In this document: piece after piece, positions 40,330 to 52,990 of the stretch
Layout of the letters: every line of letters begins with the position of its first letter
Numbering within the stretch: the first letter of the stretch is position 1
DNA from: Camelus dromedarius
Lineage: Eukaryota
Length of the DNA: 64,000 nucleotides
Assembly (NCBI RefSeq): GCF_036321535.1
Contig: NC_087447.1
Coordinates: 43,340,001-43,404,000 of the forward strand
Direction of reading: 5' to 3'
Notes under the pieces: model-generated
What the model was told of the DNA's origin: nothing
Database searches by the model: none
Seen by the model: the letters and a program-made list of their open reading frames with translations, nothing else
Program-made: the position numbers and the translations under genes

Positions 40330-42818
40330 TCAACAAATAGGGTCGAGCCTTCCTTCACCAGGTCTCCCTTTGCTGGTCTGTCACTTCCTGCTACCAGTTA
40401 CTCTAGATCTTCATTCCAAGATCTTCATTATTTCAACCTCTGCACTTTCTCCTTATAATTTAATCTGCAGAGCTACCTGGAAGTTTCTAACCATGTCTAC
40501 ATAGACCACCCTTTCGGTAGCCTATTCTCAGAGCACAATTTCAGGGAGCTTCACCTGTACCTCCCATCCTACATCTGGCCCCACAGTCATAACCTCAATC
40601 CCATCATCATCCAGGAACCTTCTCCCTGTGAACATCAATGTCAGCCTCTCACCACAAACTTTTATTCTTCTAGTGCTGAAGATACTTTTACTCCTGCTAC
40701 ATTTGTTTCTTGACCTCACTGAGACTGAGAGTCCCTCGACCGCTCCGTTTTTATCTAATCTACTGGCACCTCGCAACCAGGCTTCAAGTGCTTTCTTTTC
40801 CATGACAAACCACAATGTCACTTATACCCATCAGTGTCTGTTTAATTCCACTTCACCATGGTCTCTGCCCCCTTAGCTGAAACTATGTCTCCAAACCCAA
40901 TGGATACATGCTCTTTATCTTATCTGACCTCGTGTCAACAGACTTGACCACTCCGAGCTTCTGAAACAGTTAAGTCTTCTGTATTTGCATGCCACTAGGA
41001 CACTCTCCTATTAGAGCATTTATCACATTATATTCTAACTATTTGCATATAAGAGTACATCTTCCTCTTAAATTTAAGGTTAGAGTAGAGCTCATTTCAT
41101 CAAACTTCGAATTCTAAGTACCTAACAGTTTCTTGGTACAAAGGGACCAGTGACTTCATTTAACCAAATGGAATATGTTTCATGAATTAACTTCTGAGAA
41201 AATTTCTAAGTTTCTTGCAAGCAGAATCCATGTTTCATTCTTCAGTAAGCACTGCCTCTATAACTGCACCACGACCCCACTCTGAGAGAGGATTTGAAGA
41301 TCGAGACCACAGCTGGTCTAACTAGGGTCTCTGTACTATTTGGGGGCACTCAGCTCAAACCTAGGATGGAGAAATGTTTCTTTAGTTAAACAGCCCTAGT
41401 GAGTTTGGAAAATCTGACGGTGAAGCTGAAAAGGTGAGCTAGTATTTGAGTGCCAAGTTACCGATGCAAAAAACATTTATTACAGAAGCTCCAAGAAGGG
41501 TACAGTCACAGAATCCTGTCATACTTTGGGAGGTTAAGAATGGGGGTGAGGGTGGGGGCATGGATGAACACCTGACACTGAACACTCTTCCTGGGAACCT
41601 GGAAGATGAGTGGAACTTAAAGAAACAAATGAGGGAGAGCAGGGGAGGGACCTGGGGCAAAGAGAATACAAAGACCTGGCTTGAGAAAACTGTGGTAATG
41701 TTTGAAAGACAATGGAGCAGCTTAAGTTTCTATAAAATGCTACATCTTCAAAGATAAAGAGGAAGAGAATGTGTGTGTGTGTCGGGAGCGTGCTTGATGT
41801 GACAGAAGATGGCAATCAACAGCTATTAAGTACATGGTTTGTGCCAGCAATTAGATGCTTTCTCAAATAATTTAGTTCTCAAAAGACTAAGTGGAAAGTA
41901 GCCCCCGATGGAACTAGACTTTAGGTGAATTGTCTTAAGGCACATGGCCAATAGCTGCTGGAGTCTGTCTACACCTCTCGTCCTCTTTGCAATACACCAG
42001 GTGTCTTCCAGGGTGAAAGCACTGTTACACGCCCAAGAGTAAGAGAAATGATACTAAAGCGAAGCGAGTAAAGTGGATTCACAAAGGTGTCCAAAATCTG
42101 TGATTAAGATGGAGTCAAAATGAATTTGATGGGGCCAGCAGTCCCCAGAGAAAGAGATATATTGTCAGAAACCCCTCTTTAGGGCTTCTCAATTTTACTT
42201 TACCATGAAATATCCACTCCCCAAATTTGGAACATGGGCAGGGAAAGGGTTATTTCTCCATTTGAACCTTAATACAAATAATAGATAATACAATCGTTTG
42301 TGTCCAAATGGACAAAGACTGCACAGGGGGAACAGGGTCTATAGCTCATTGGGGGCCAGTATTAAGTAGACTGAGGAACAGAGGATCCCGCTTAGATGTT
42401 CAGAAAAGCAGAATATTATTGAAACCCCAAGTGGGTTCCTGCCAAACCGGTTTACTTGTTGAGAGGGATATATTTTTACAGATGTCCCCACACCCTCTTG
42501 CCAACTTGTTAGAAGAAACTCGTTGTAAACACCTGGAAAATAAAGATATTTAGCAGTAGATGAGGTGGGAAAACGTGGTCACTGGGTCTGGGGAGTGAAA
42601 GGTTTCTGACGTCCTAGTCAGCATTTGAACTCATTTTTCGTAGACCGGAACTAATCATACTTGACATGAAATGCTCCTTGGAAGATCAGCAATAAAACGT
42701 AAACCACTCGGCACACGGTATTTATTCAACAAGGCACTACGATGCGGGTGAAAAGTGAGGGGAACAACATAAAGGGGAGGTGGGAGGGAGAGAACGTCAA
42801 TCCTCTCTGACCACTCAC

Positions 42819-43218
42819 CCAGCAGGGTCCCGATAACTCGGGCGGCGCCCTCGTTGCGTCGCTCGTAGCTATCCACGATGGAGGCCAAAATGACCGGGTG
42901 CAGCCGGACCACGCGGCCGCCGGGGAAGGGGCCTGGGAGGGCAGGACTAGGCAGCGACTGCGCCGGCGTCTGCGCTGGGGCTGAGGCTGGGGTCTGGCCC
43001 GGAGCCGCGGTCCCAGCCGCTGCTGCCGCCGGGTCAGAGGCTGAGGCTGGAGCCGGCGACGGGGCTGGAACGGGCGCTGCAGCCGGCGCCGGCGCTGGAG
43101 CTGGAGCTGAGGCTGGGGCTTGGGCCGGGGCCGGAGTCGGGACCGGGGTTGTGGCCGCAGCCGGGGCTGGGGCTGGACTGGCGGGAGGAGCGCTCGCCGA
43201 TACTGCCGGTGCAGCCAT
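42819..43218 (-). CDS. EIF3F: eIF3 subunit F, exon 1 (Ala/Pro-rich N-terminus and start of the MPN domain)
   Basis: [12 protein letters not shown]...[38 protein letters not shown], then G|gtgagt. The 8 exons sum to 1110 nt = 369 aa plus stop. Confidence 0.98.
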
Positions 43219-43365
43219 CTTGTCGAGAGAGAGCGAGCGAAGAGCGGAAGAGAGTGAGATGGAAAATATTAGGAGCACGATAGGCTGAATATGCACCACG
43301 TGGACTAGGTCTTTGTGCCTATTGGCTCCTTATGGTGCTTCTCACGGCTACAATTTCCTACTCTG
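43211..43365 (-). promoter_or_regulatory. EIF3F: EIF3F core promoter: pyrimidine (TCT/5'TOP-like) tract, ETS/GABP core, YY1 site over the ATG, CCAAT box
   Basis: Minus strand CTCTCTTCCGCTCTTCGCTCGCTCTCTCTCGACAAGATGGC. CGGAAG at ~43245 (+ strand). CCAAT at 43321-43325 (minus). CpG island ~42830-43260. Confidence 0.7.
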
Positions 43366-43564
43366 AGCTTGTGCTCTTTGATTTTAGTCCGATGCGCACT
43401 CAGTGAGAAGCGGGCTAAATAGTTCTGAGAAAACTTGGGACCTCTCTGGGATGAGAGAAACAACTGCCACCAGATGGAGCGAGAGAGCAGTACAAGGGTG
43501 TCAATTTGCACTTCAAAGGGATAAACGATGTCACAGTGCCTTTTAAAGGGTTTTATTCTTATTA

Positions 43565-43857
43565 CAGAACAGAAACAGACTCACAGATACAGAAAACAAT
43601 CTAATGGTTACCAAAGGAGAAGTGGGGGGAGGGATAAATTAGGAGTTTGGGATTAACAGATACACACTACTATATATAAAATAAACAACAAGGACCTACT
43701 GTACAGCACAGGGAATTATAGTCAATATCTTGTAGTAACCTATAATGGAAAATAATCTGAAAAGGAAAAATATATTATATGTAACTGAATCACTGCTGTA
43801 CACCTGAAGCTAACATGATATTGTAAACCAACTATACTTCAATTAAAAAATAAATAA
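43565..43857 (+). mobile_element. L1 3'UTR fragment directly upstream of the EIF3F promoter
   Basis: aacagaaacagactcacagatacagaaaacaa...gggataaattaggagtttgggattaacaga...actatacttcaattaaaaaataaa. TSD-like aaaggg(t/c)ttt(a/g)ttctt. Confidence 0.85.
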
Positions 43858-43904
43858 AGGGCTTTGTTCTTGACAGTGTCATAAGGTGTCAGTGGGGTGA
43901 GTTA

Positions 43905-44900
43905 TTAATTCAACAATCTGAACATGTGCCAGATGGTCTTTTAGGCGCTTGGCAAAAATCAGTGGACAAAACAAAGATCACTGTCCTTGAAAAATTCACA
44001 TTCTACTGGGGAGAGGCAAGTAAGTACATTATAGAATATATTAGAAGGTGGTAAGTGCTCTGAAAAAGGAAAAAGCAGCTGAGGGGGAAATCAGGAATTG
44101 TGAGGAGCTAGGATAGGTTGCAATGAGAATGTGAGATTTGAGTGGATTTGAAGGAGGCGAAGGATGTGACAAATTGGGAGGGGTGTGGGAGGGGAAGACC
44201 CTCCAGGTAGAAGGAACAGCTAATGTAAAGGCCTTAAGGCAGGAGCAGGCCTGCTGTGTTTGAGGCTATTTGGTGGCTGGAGTGTTAAGACCGAGATGGG
44301 AAGAAGCAGGAGGTGGACCTTTACACAGGGGTTGGGGAGCAGATCATTAAGGACTTCCCAGGCCCTAGTAAGGACTTTGAGTTCTAGTGTGAGTGAGATG
44401 GGGTTTTGAGCAGGGGAGGGTCATGCTTTGTCTTAGTTTTAAAAGGATCACTCTGGCTGCTTTGAGAAGAATAGAATGGGGGGTGTGTGATTACTGGGGA
44501 GAGGCAGGTGAGGGAGAAAGAGCAGGGAGACATGTGAGATGACCAGGTAATCTAAGTGAGAGATGAGGGTGGCTGGGACCTGGCCAAGAGCAGAGGAAGT
44601 GATGAGATGTAGGCAGATTACAGATATATTTTGAGGGTAGAAACAACAAGACTCTCTGAAAAATTGTATACGAAATGTGAGAGGAGTCAAGGCTGACTCT
44701 GACACTTTGTGCTGAGCAATTAGTAGAAAGAAGCTGTCATCAGTTGAGACAATGAAAGTTAGAAGTGGAGCAGTTTTTGAGGAAAAGATCCCAAGTTCAT
44801 TTTTGGATGTGTCACCCTTGAGATGCCTGTTAGACATGCAAGCAGAAGTGTAGAGTGGTCCGGTGGAGACACGAGTCTGTACTTTGGGAGAGGATTAAAT
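43905..44900. mobile_element. L2 LINE fragment
   Basis: ttttaaaaggatcactctggctgct, gagatgcctgttagacatgcaag, gctgtcatcagttgagac: typical antisense L2. Confidence 0.8.
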
Positions 44901-45342
44901 GACCTGATGCTCTGTAAAGCTCTCAGCATTTGCCTGATGTGAGCAGTTGTTATTATTAAGAGGTTGCTATTATCATTACTGTGAGTTGGAAGGAGCTCTG
45001 GTCTCCCTGTGTAACTGTGGGTAATCTATAGGGTTTTTTTTTTTTCTGAGCCTCAGTTTCCTTCTCAGTATGGTGGGGATAATATCTGCCTGTCAGAAAA
45101 CCTGTCAACTCTCTTAACTGGGTCAAGTCCCAGCACCCACCTGACAAGACAGATGGGTGAGGCTGGACTTCTTAGCCCTGACTCTCCTGCCCAAGAACTG
45201 CTTTCTCCTTGGATCTACCTTTTCTAATTAGAATTCACATGATCGTCCCCTGTCAGTACTCTGGGTGGACATATATTCTTTCTTTTCATTCCCCCAAACA
45301 TAGGTGAACAGCCTATCTGAGGAGAATTGGAAAGTGACTTTT

Positions 45343-45892
45343 CACTGTTTACAGTCACCAAGACATGGAAGCAACCTAAATGTTCATCAACAGATGACTG
45401 GATAAGGAAATTGTGATATATGTATATATAAAGGGAAAGGCAGGTTGGGATAAATTAGTCATTTGGGATTAGCAGATACACACTACAGAATAGATAAACA
45501 ACAAGATCCTACTGTACAGCACAGGGAACTACATTCAGTATCTTGTAATAACCTATAATGAAAAAGAATACGAAAAAGAATATACATATGTATAACCGAA
45601 TCACTATGCTGTACATCAGAAATTAATTCAACATTGTAAATCAGCTATACTTTAATTTTTTAAAAAAGTGAAAAGGAAAAGCATAGGGATGGAATGTCTT
45701 CCTTTGTGTCTGGCACCCAAGCTGGCAGAAGCAAGGAGCACGCCCAGCTCTGTCGGCCGTGGAGTAGCAGAACCATCCACAGTGACTCTGGTCACCTCCA
45801 CCTACATGACAGCTAGGGCGTTGCCCTTTAGTCTTTCCTTTTGGTTTCTCTCAAGGATATTTATAAATAAAAAGACAAATGGAATTCAAAAA
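45343..45892 (+). mobile_element. Truncated L1 3' end (45343-45667) followed by ~225 bp of non-L1 sequence inside one TSD pair (candidate 3' transduction)
   Basis: TSD ggaaagtgact(t/c)tt at 45329-45342 and 45893-45906. AATAAA at 45866-45871 and a short A-run before the right TSD. Confidence 0.6.
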
Positions 45893-47098
45893 GGAAAGTG
45901 ACTCTTGAATTTGATGACTTGGATCTTTATCAACCCTGGTAGGGCAGTGCCAGTGGAACTGAGGGTGGGGTGGGCACAGAAACCAGAATTCAGCGGTGAG
46001 GGATGCTCAGTTTGAATTGGTGGTGCTGTGTGTTGGCCACTTCTCAAGGAAACTGCCTGGGAAGGAAAGAAGACATGTAAGGTAGTAGCTGGGGGTCAGC
46101 AGGATTGAGAGGGGGACAATTTAGGCTGGAAGAGTTTTAAGTATATTTCACACCAAGGATTAGGATCTAGTGGAGAGAGAAAGATTGAATGTACAAGTGT
46201 GAGTAAGGGGAACTGTCTCATGAAACAAGGAAGGAAGGAGGATCTGAATGGAGAAGGCTTGATGAGAAGGATGTTCCTGCACAGGATGAGGGACATGATG
46301 GAGAGGCTGCCCTGGGCTGTGGCCTCCCTTATGGGTTCCTTGGGGGTGGGTCTGCTTTAGCCAGAGTGGTCCCCTGAGATCATCCCATGGTACGAAGGCC
46401 AGAGGAGAGAAGCACCCCTGATGAAGATGTGTTGCTGCCTCCAAATGACCATGCAGACCCTTGAGACCTCTTCTCCACGTGTTGATTTGAGTTGACTGTG
46501 GACACTTTGGACACTTCACCATCAAGAACGTTGCCTTTATATCAATGACCTCAAGACCTTTCTGTCTGGAAGGAAAGGAGAAAGGGATGGATGAAGGAGC
46601 AGAGACATTTTAAATTGGGGACAGAGGGGACACTGCAGGAGCTCTGGTCAAATGTTTTTCTCAGAAAAGTGGAGGCAAGACGATCTGCTGAGAATGGCAA
46701 GGCAAGGGTCAGGTTCAGCCTTAGGGGAGTGGACAGTGTTTGGAAGAGGGGCTGAGAGTGATCCATCAAAGTCATTGACTAATTATGGGAGGACCCAGCT
46801 GAGCGCACAGATCTCAAGGATCTGGTCAGCTTTTGTTAATTTTCCTCCAGCCACATGGCTTAGGGGCAGGAGGAGAGGGCTCATTGGTTTGGTCTTCCCA
46901 GGGATCTGACTGGCCAGGACAAGGGACAAGGGAGTCTGGATGGTGGCTTTTCAATGGCTCACTGAGGGATCTAGGCAGGCTGAACTGTAAACAGAAACGC
47001 TGGGTCCAGGTTCATCAGGAAAGGGCTGAAGACATGAGGAGAGAGAAAATGGGCTTTCCCCTTAAATATGGGAAATGTGTTGTGTACATGGTATATGG

Positions 47099-47393
47099 TG
47101 TATCAGTCAAGGTTCTCCAGAGGAACCAGTAGGAAATATATATATTTATTATAAGGAATTGGCTCAGGGGATTACGGGGACTGAGATGTCCCAAGATCTT
47201 CAGGCGACAAGCTGGAGACCAGGAGAGCTGATGTGTGCTTCTAGTTTGAAAACTGGCATGCTCAAGACCCAAGAAGAGCTGATGTTTCAGTTTGTGTTTG
47301 AAGGCTGGAACAGACACAGCCAGAAAAATATTTGACCAAGTATCTGGGGACCCTGTGTCCCAGTGAAATTGGCACATAAAATTCACCATCACA
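47099..47393. mobile_element. ERVL (MLT2-type) solo LTR
   Basis: tgtatcagtcaaggttctccagag...ttattataaggaattggctca...cacataaaattcaccatcaca. Confidence 0.85.
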
Positions 47394-47568
47394 CCTGGGT
47401 TCCTGGCTGTCCTGAGGGATGTTTGACAGTCCTGCCCGACAAGACCAGGGTCACAGCTGCAGGCTCATGTTAAGGGGGGGTGGGGCCTGTAGCTTCACGC
47501 ACCCATCCCACCACCCCCAGAGGCGGCTGGAGAGAAGGGAGCCCTAGCTTCAGCTCCAATGGCGGGAG

Positions 47569-47586
47569 GACCACCAGAGGGCGCTC
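47569..47586 (+). promoter_or_regulatory. CTCF-like motif
   Basis: GACCACCAGAGGGCGCTC is close to the CTCF core consensus. Confidence 0.65.
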
Positions 47587-47724
47587 CAGGCTTTCTCAAC
47601 TCTGCAGCAAGTGCTACTTGGGACTTAGGCTGCCCTCCACTGGCGAAGCTGCACAGGAACCACAACTTAGTGGCCAACTACCCTGTCCTACAGACAGGGC
47701 CTGGCACAGGAGGGCTGGTGGGTG

Positions 47725-48069
47725 GCCTCCCACACTCTGTCTCTGCCCACCGCCAGCAGTTTTCAGGAAGCTGTGCTCCACCAGTCCCGGGACACTCCCT
47801 ACTACACAGGAATCAGCATCTTTAAGGCCTTCTGCCTGGAGGAGGCACTTTCACTGGCTGTGACAGACCAGCTTCCTGCACAGGTGAATGTTGTCCAGGG
47901 AACCCAGCTCCACCAACTGGTTGGCCACGCTGGCCAAAGCCAGCCTGACCAGGTGGCCCATCACATACAGCACTTGCCTGTCTCCAGGGCTGTCCAGGAC
48001 CAGTCTCATGCCTGTCTGCTTGGCTTGGCACCCCCTTCTCTCCATTCTCTGGTTTTCTGATATCCACAT
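47725..48069 (-). pseudogene. Decayed coding-like segment of unknown origin, possibly death-fold/CARD-like
   Basis: Run of GC3-rich codons (CTG/GTG/GCC/GAG) giving RLVLDSPGDRQVLYVMGHLVRLALASVANQLVELGSLDNIHLCRKLVCHSQ*. Extension needs frameshifts. No parent gene recognised. Confidence 0.3.
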
Positions 48070-49733
48070 CTTAGTTTCTACACCTGCCTCTGCCCTTCCC
48101 CCGCCTCCCCCTGGTTTTGGGTCAGTGCAGCTTCTTTCACTGGCTCGATAACCTCAGCCCATCCCTGACTCCTGCCTCTCCAGGCTCCTTGAATTCTAGG
48201 ACTAGTGAGCCTGGTCAACCTCCTTGACTTCATGCCAAGGTAAAGGCAAGAAACCATATAGAGTTGCTAGTGTTTGCTGCCCCTCCTGCCTAAGCTATCA
48301 TTAGGGGTTGGGTCTGTTCTGGCCCAAGAACCATGACCACCTGGCGGGTGCTTATAGCTTTAGGAAAGGAGACTTTAGAGTAGCCCCAGGCCTCTCTTTG
48401 CATGCTATGGGAGCCATACGGTCCACTTTGCCTGGGCCAGTATTTGCAGCCCACAGCTGACCTTGGAGAGGTGTGTCCAGTGAGGCAGCCAAGGAGAATC
48501 ACCTCCATGGGGCTAGAACCTGGTGTGCTGCTCTCAGAATATGGGATAGTACCTTTCAGGTCTTTGTGGACCACAGTCGTTAGTGGAGGCTCTTTTGACA
48601 TGACGCCCCCAAGACAGAGGGAACCTAGTGCTCTTTTTCTTCATCTTTTTTGTGTCACAAGTGCTCAGAATTGTAGTAATCATACTCCTTGGTTCATGAC
48701 GCACTGACATCTGTGGTCCATTCATCAACCTCTTTTTTAAATTCACTCATTTTTTAAATAATATAACGGACAGGACTTAACAGAACTAGAACATTCATTC
48801 ACTTTTTAAAATGGTGAACAGAATCCATGGCCCAAACCAAGAACTAGAATATTATCAACAGATAATATTATGAATTATTATGATGAATATTAAAACATGA
48901 ATTAATTATAATATAATGATATGGTATAATAGAATTTGTTATTAGGAAAATCAGCATTCTATCAGCAGATAATATTATTGTTGTTATGAAATTAGAATAT
49001 CATCCATCAGCTAGTAGGTGTTTAACAACAAGCTCCCTGAAAAAAAAAAGTGGCCCTTGTTTTGGTGTCTGCCAATTTCCATGGTGTAAATACTCCCACC
49101 AGGGCTGACTGCAGGCTACTAGCTGTTTAACAACTGGCTGTCAAAATTCCTGAAATTTTAACAATTGGCTTTCGTGAGCCAGTAAAAGTTGGCTCTAGTA
49201 CCATACTTTTTTTTTTTTTATATCTACCCATGTCTCCCTTCTCTCACTGCCCACCCTTAGAAATGACTACTCACTTGAATTCTGTGTCTATCATCATTTG
49301 CTGTAAAATTATGGTTTTATTTCAACTCTTCTTCACACAGGAAGTTTGGTGGCTCCACATCGATAATTACCTGTGTGACGTGCTGAGCACACAGACTGTG
49401 CATATGCACAGGATCTGTGTGAGGAACTGTATGTGTGCACATGCATTTAATTAAAGAGCAGTTTGTACTGGATTACTGCAGAGGCTGGAGGAACCTCCTG
49501 AGCTAGGTTTTACTGCCCCTTAAAGAGCCTGAACTTCTCAACGGACCAGCTCCTGAGTTTCATAGCGCATGTGGGAGCAGTGAAACAGGTGCCTAGTCAT
49601 CTTGCTGGGTTTTCATGGGGCCAGGGAGGCTTGTTTCACAAAACATGGATCTAATATCCAATTGAAGATTAGACATGTATGCTTAGGATTCACATTCAAA
49701 TCAAACTGCTTTAAGCAAAAGTTAAATGACCCA

Positions 49734-49735
<2 letters not shown>

Positions 49736-49780
<45 letters not shown>
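49736..49780. repeat. (CA)n microsatellite, about 22 units
   Basis: Directly visible. Confidence 0.97.
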
Positions 49781-49781
<1 letters not shown>

Positions 49782-50561
49782 CTTTATATATATAAAGCTG
49801 ATTCTAGTTAGTTCTTTCTGGCTCTTTCTAACAATGTTATCAGGGCTTTTACTCTCTCTCCTCTCTGTTGCTCTTTTTATAGTTGTTTTCTGCTCTTATT
49901 TCAGAGAGTGACCCTTATGTGTCAGAGAAGATGGCCATAAGCAGCGTCAACCTAAACCACCCTTACTGCCAATAATCCCAAAGGAAGAGAATAGTTTTTA
50001 TTAACAGCTCCTGCAGGGAAGTTGGGGGAGGATTCTGACCTGACCCTGAGCATGTGCCAAGCCGTGAACAATCTCTGTGGTCTGGAAGATGGACTTCTCT
50101 GACCGGCGAGGGTGAGTCTCCTGGCCTAGACCACATCCCAGTGGCTGAGTAAGAAAGGACCAGCACCTCCTGAAACACAGGGAATGGAAGAGTGGAGCCC
50201 CAAAGGACAGGATTCTGGGCAGACAAAGTAATACATCAATCAGTTACATACATAGACACATGCATGTGTGATGGATGGGGGTACACCCTGAGGGGCTGGT
50301 AAGAGGAGAAGCGCTGAGATCCTGTGTGTAGGAGTCTGGAAGAACAGGCCCATCCAGGCTACGGGTCCTGGTGGTCAAGGGAGCAGTGATTCCAGGTGCA
50401 GAGATACCAGGCTCATCTGATTATATGTGCCCCCCTCTGAGGGGTGGGAGGTGCAAACTATGGGAAAGAGAAGGCTGTGGTCAAAAGGAAAGAGCTCTGT
50501 CCCGGGCAACAGCTGTGGAAACCCTTTCTGAAAGAGTGGGCTTTGAGAGTGGCAAGCTGAA

Positions 50562-50731
50562 GAGGGTATCAGACGAAATACAAGATGGCAGGTAAATTTG
50601 AATTTCAGGGAGACAATGAATAATGTCTTTGCATGGGACATACTTATATTAAAAGATTATTTGCTGTTTATCTGAAACTCAGACTTAACCTGGGTGCTCT
50701 ATATTTTAATTTGCTCAATCTGGCAGCCCTG
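50562..50731. mobile_element. hAT MITE (MER53-like)
   Basis: taaatttgaatttcag...atgggacatacttatattaaaa...tttatctgaaactcagac...atctggcagccct, with internal palindromic structure. Confidence 0.7.
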
Positions 50732-51799
50732 CATGGAGGAGGGTGGCGGTGGAACAGGCCACGGCCGTGAGCCGCCTGCAGTAAGATATCAGCTCTATCT
50801 CCAATTATTCCAGAACCAACACCCCCAACCTCTCCCTACCTCCCCTGGGATTCCTAAAAGGAAAGAGGACCCTTGTACAACTCACAAACTGGTGAGGCTC
50901 CTGTAGCAGGTTAAAATGTGAACACAGCTGAGTATTCTTGGGAATATTTGCAAAAGGGTTGCCAGGAAAAGACTGTATTTTTGTTAGTAGATCCGTGGCA
51001 ACTTTGAGATGGGGATGGTACACTACGCTTGACCATTGCCTCCACTGTTCGGCAAAGTCAGGGCATGGTTTACCAGGTAGGGAGTGATGGCCAGAGAATA
51101 CATTCAGTCGGACGTGTGTGAGGTGGCTGCGTACTTACAGAGAAAGGTCACGCAACTCTGCCTGTTTCCTGCTTGTAGTATGTCTTTTTCACATCAGCAC
51201 GTGGACAGACATGGATAAAACTGGAATTAAGTTCACTAGTACAGTGGGAGGAAACTGGTTATAAATTTTTATCCCACCCCAGGTGCACACAGGCACTGCC
51301 CCCCTAGGCCTTCTCTCCTTAAATACAGGCTGGCATAACCCCTTTATCCTTTTCTATTGTTTATCCCAGTGACCAAAGATTTTTGTTCCCCCTCTGAAAT
51401 GGGGTTGGCAGAGTTGCTGTCATTCCCAAGGAGCCATTCTGTGGTCATTTTTGAAGCTCTGGGCCTCATTTCTAGGACTACTGCTGACTCCCTTGCCTTA
51501 AGGTTTGGACTATTCCTCTACTCCTCTTTGGAAATGAACCTCCTATATATTTTTTTGCATAAGGCAACTGGAAGTTTTCCTCATGCTGAAATTTCTTCTT
51601 CTTTTTTTTTTTTTTTAATTGGAGAACACCATCCATCGGCCTCCTTCTCCTGCCAACAATGCATTTGTTTCTGTTGGGGAACCTCTTCATTAAACCTTTT
51701 CAGGTATACACAGCTGGAATTGATGCTGTCCCCGGTTACGGACTAGGGACCATGAGAAGTGCACATTAGGCAGCATTTCCCATCCTGGTCACAGTCAGT

Positions 51800-52990
51800 G
51801 TCTGGTTCATGGTTTTTACATGTGATCCCACTACAGTGAATAATATGAGAGGGGTCCCTGGATGGGTTTTTGTGAATGAAAACCTTTGTTCCCCTACTGG
51901 TATGTTTCCCACGAGATACAGATTAGAGAGGATGTATCCCGAAGTGTTGTTGGCAGCCTTATTGCCTCTAGGAGGGGAGAGCTTCCTTGAGAATGGAACC
52001 TACTCTAAGGAAGCAGAGATGAGAAATATAGAAAGGGAACCCAGGTCCTGGTTATAGCATCTGAGTTCTGGATAAAGCCAAGCCTGCAGATTCATTTATC
52101 CCTACATTCTTTTGGGACTAAGCAAATGGTTTTCTTGACTGTTTAAGTCAGTATAGACTGAACACTGAGTCCCCTGGTTCTTACACATACCCTATGAGAT
52201 TAATAATGTAATCTTCATTTTAGCAAAAAAGTAATAGTGCCAGAGAAGTTACACATTTGCTTAGTCATATAGCTAGTTCGATGTTTTGACTTCAAGTCAA
52301 AAAGCCCTAACTATAAAATCACCTGAATGACTTTTCCCCCCAGATTTTCAGTGTTAGACCATTTTCACCTAGAAAATATGAAACATTTTGGTAGTGACAC
52401 CCAGGCTTTCCACAAAGTACCTTCAACCTACTTGTCTTAACGTGTTTCCAATCACTACAGAAACTGGCCACCCTGTGCAATCAGACCCTCCGTCTAGATC
52501 ACCCTGCTTTGCTCACGTCCCCGTGCCTTCCTCTGTTCTTCATTCTGCCTATTTACAACATTCACTCAGCCTCTGCTTTAATTTCCTAGTGGGGGTTGTC
52601 AGGGTGGAATTGAGTCTCTTGAGTGAAGAAGTGTTTATTTCCTGTAGAAACTGAGAATGTTGCTTCAAGTTTGTGCAATTAACCTTTCTTACGTCCGCTT
52701 GGGAAAGTCTACATAAGTTGGGATTAGACTTCAAGAGAAAGATCTTTGTAAGGCAAACCATTTAATGCCATCTAATGTTATGAAATCAGAGCTTTGAACC
52801 ACAGAGTTACATTTATGCGAGGGTTTTTTAACTAAAGCAGTGAAACATCTGTTTAAACGGGCTGAAAATCAGAGGCAATACTAGGTAAGGAACCGAAGAT
52901 TCTGCTTATGTACCTGTCAGTGGGTTTGTCACTTACCGTTCTTCTCACTGACAATTAGAGATGCCTGTCAGTGCTCAGGTAAGAATGCCA
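51800..52990 (+). promoter_or_regulatory. Probable promoter and non-coding first exon of OR10A3 (copy A of a local duplication)
   Basis: Paralogous to ~61000-62230. Donor-like AG|gtaag at 52885 and 52979, about 2.8 kb upstream of the OR coding exon. Confidence 0.5.

Noticed and set aside
42878..43288. Plus-strand 136-aa Gly/Ala-rich ORF
   Set aside because: Antisense shadow of the EIF3F exon 1 Ala/Pro repeat.
43219..43299. 27-aa N-terminal extension of eIF3f suggested by ORF 42655..43299
   Set aside because: Begins at a GTG upstream of the pyrimidine tract that probably marks the TSS. The known start corresponds to the ATG at 43218.
47625..47660. GCPPLAK peptide resembling the NLRP10 PYD segment GQPPLAR
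   Set aside because: Flanking residues show no PYD similarity in the frames I checked; most likely chance.
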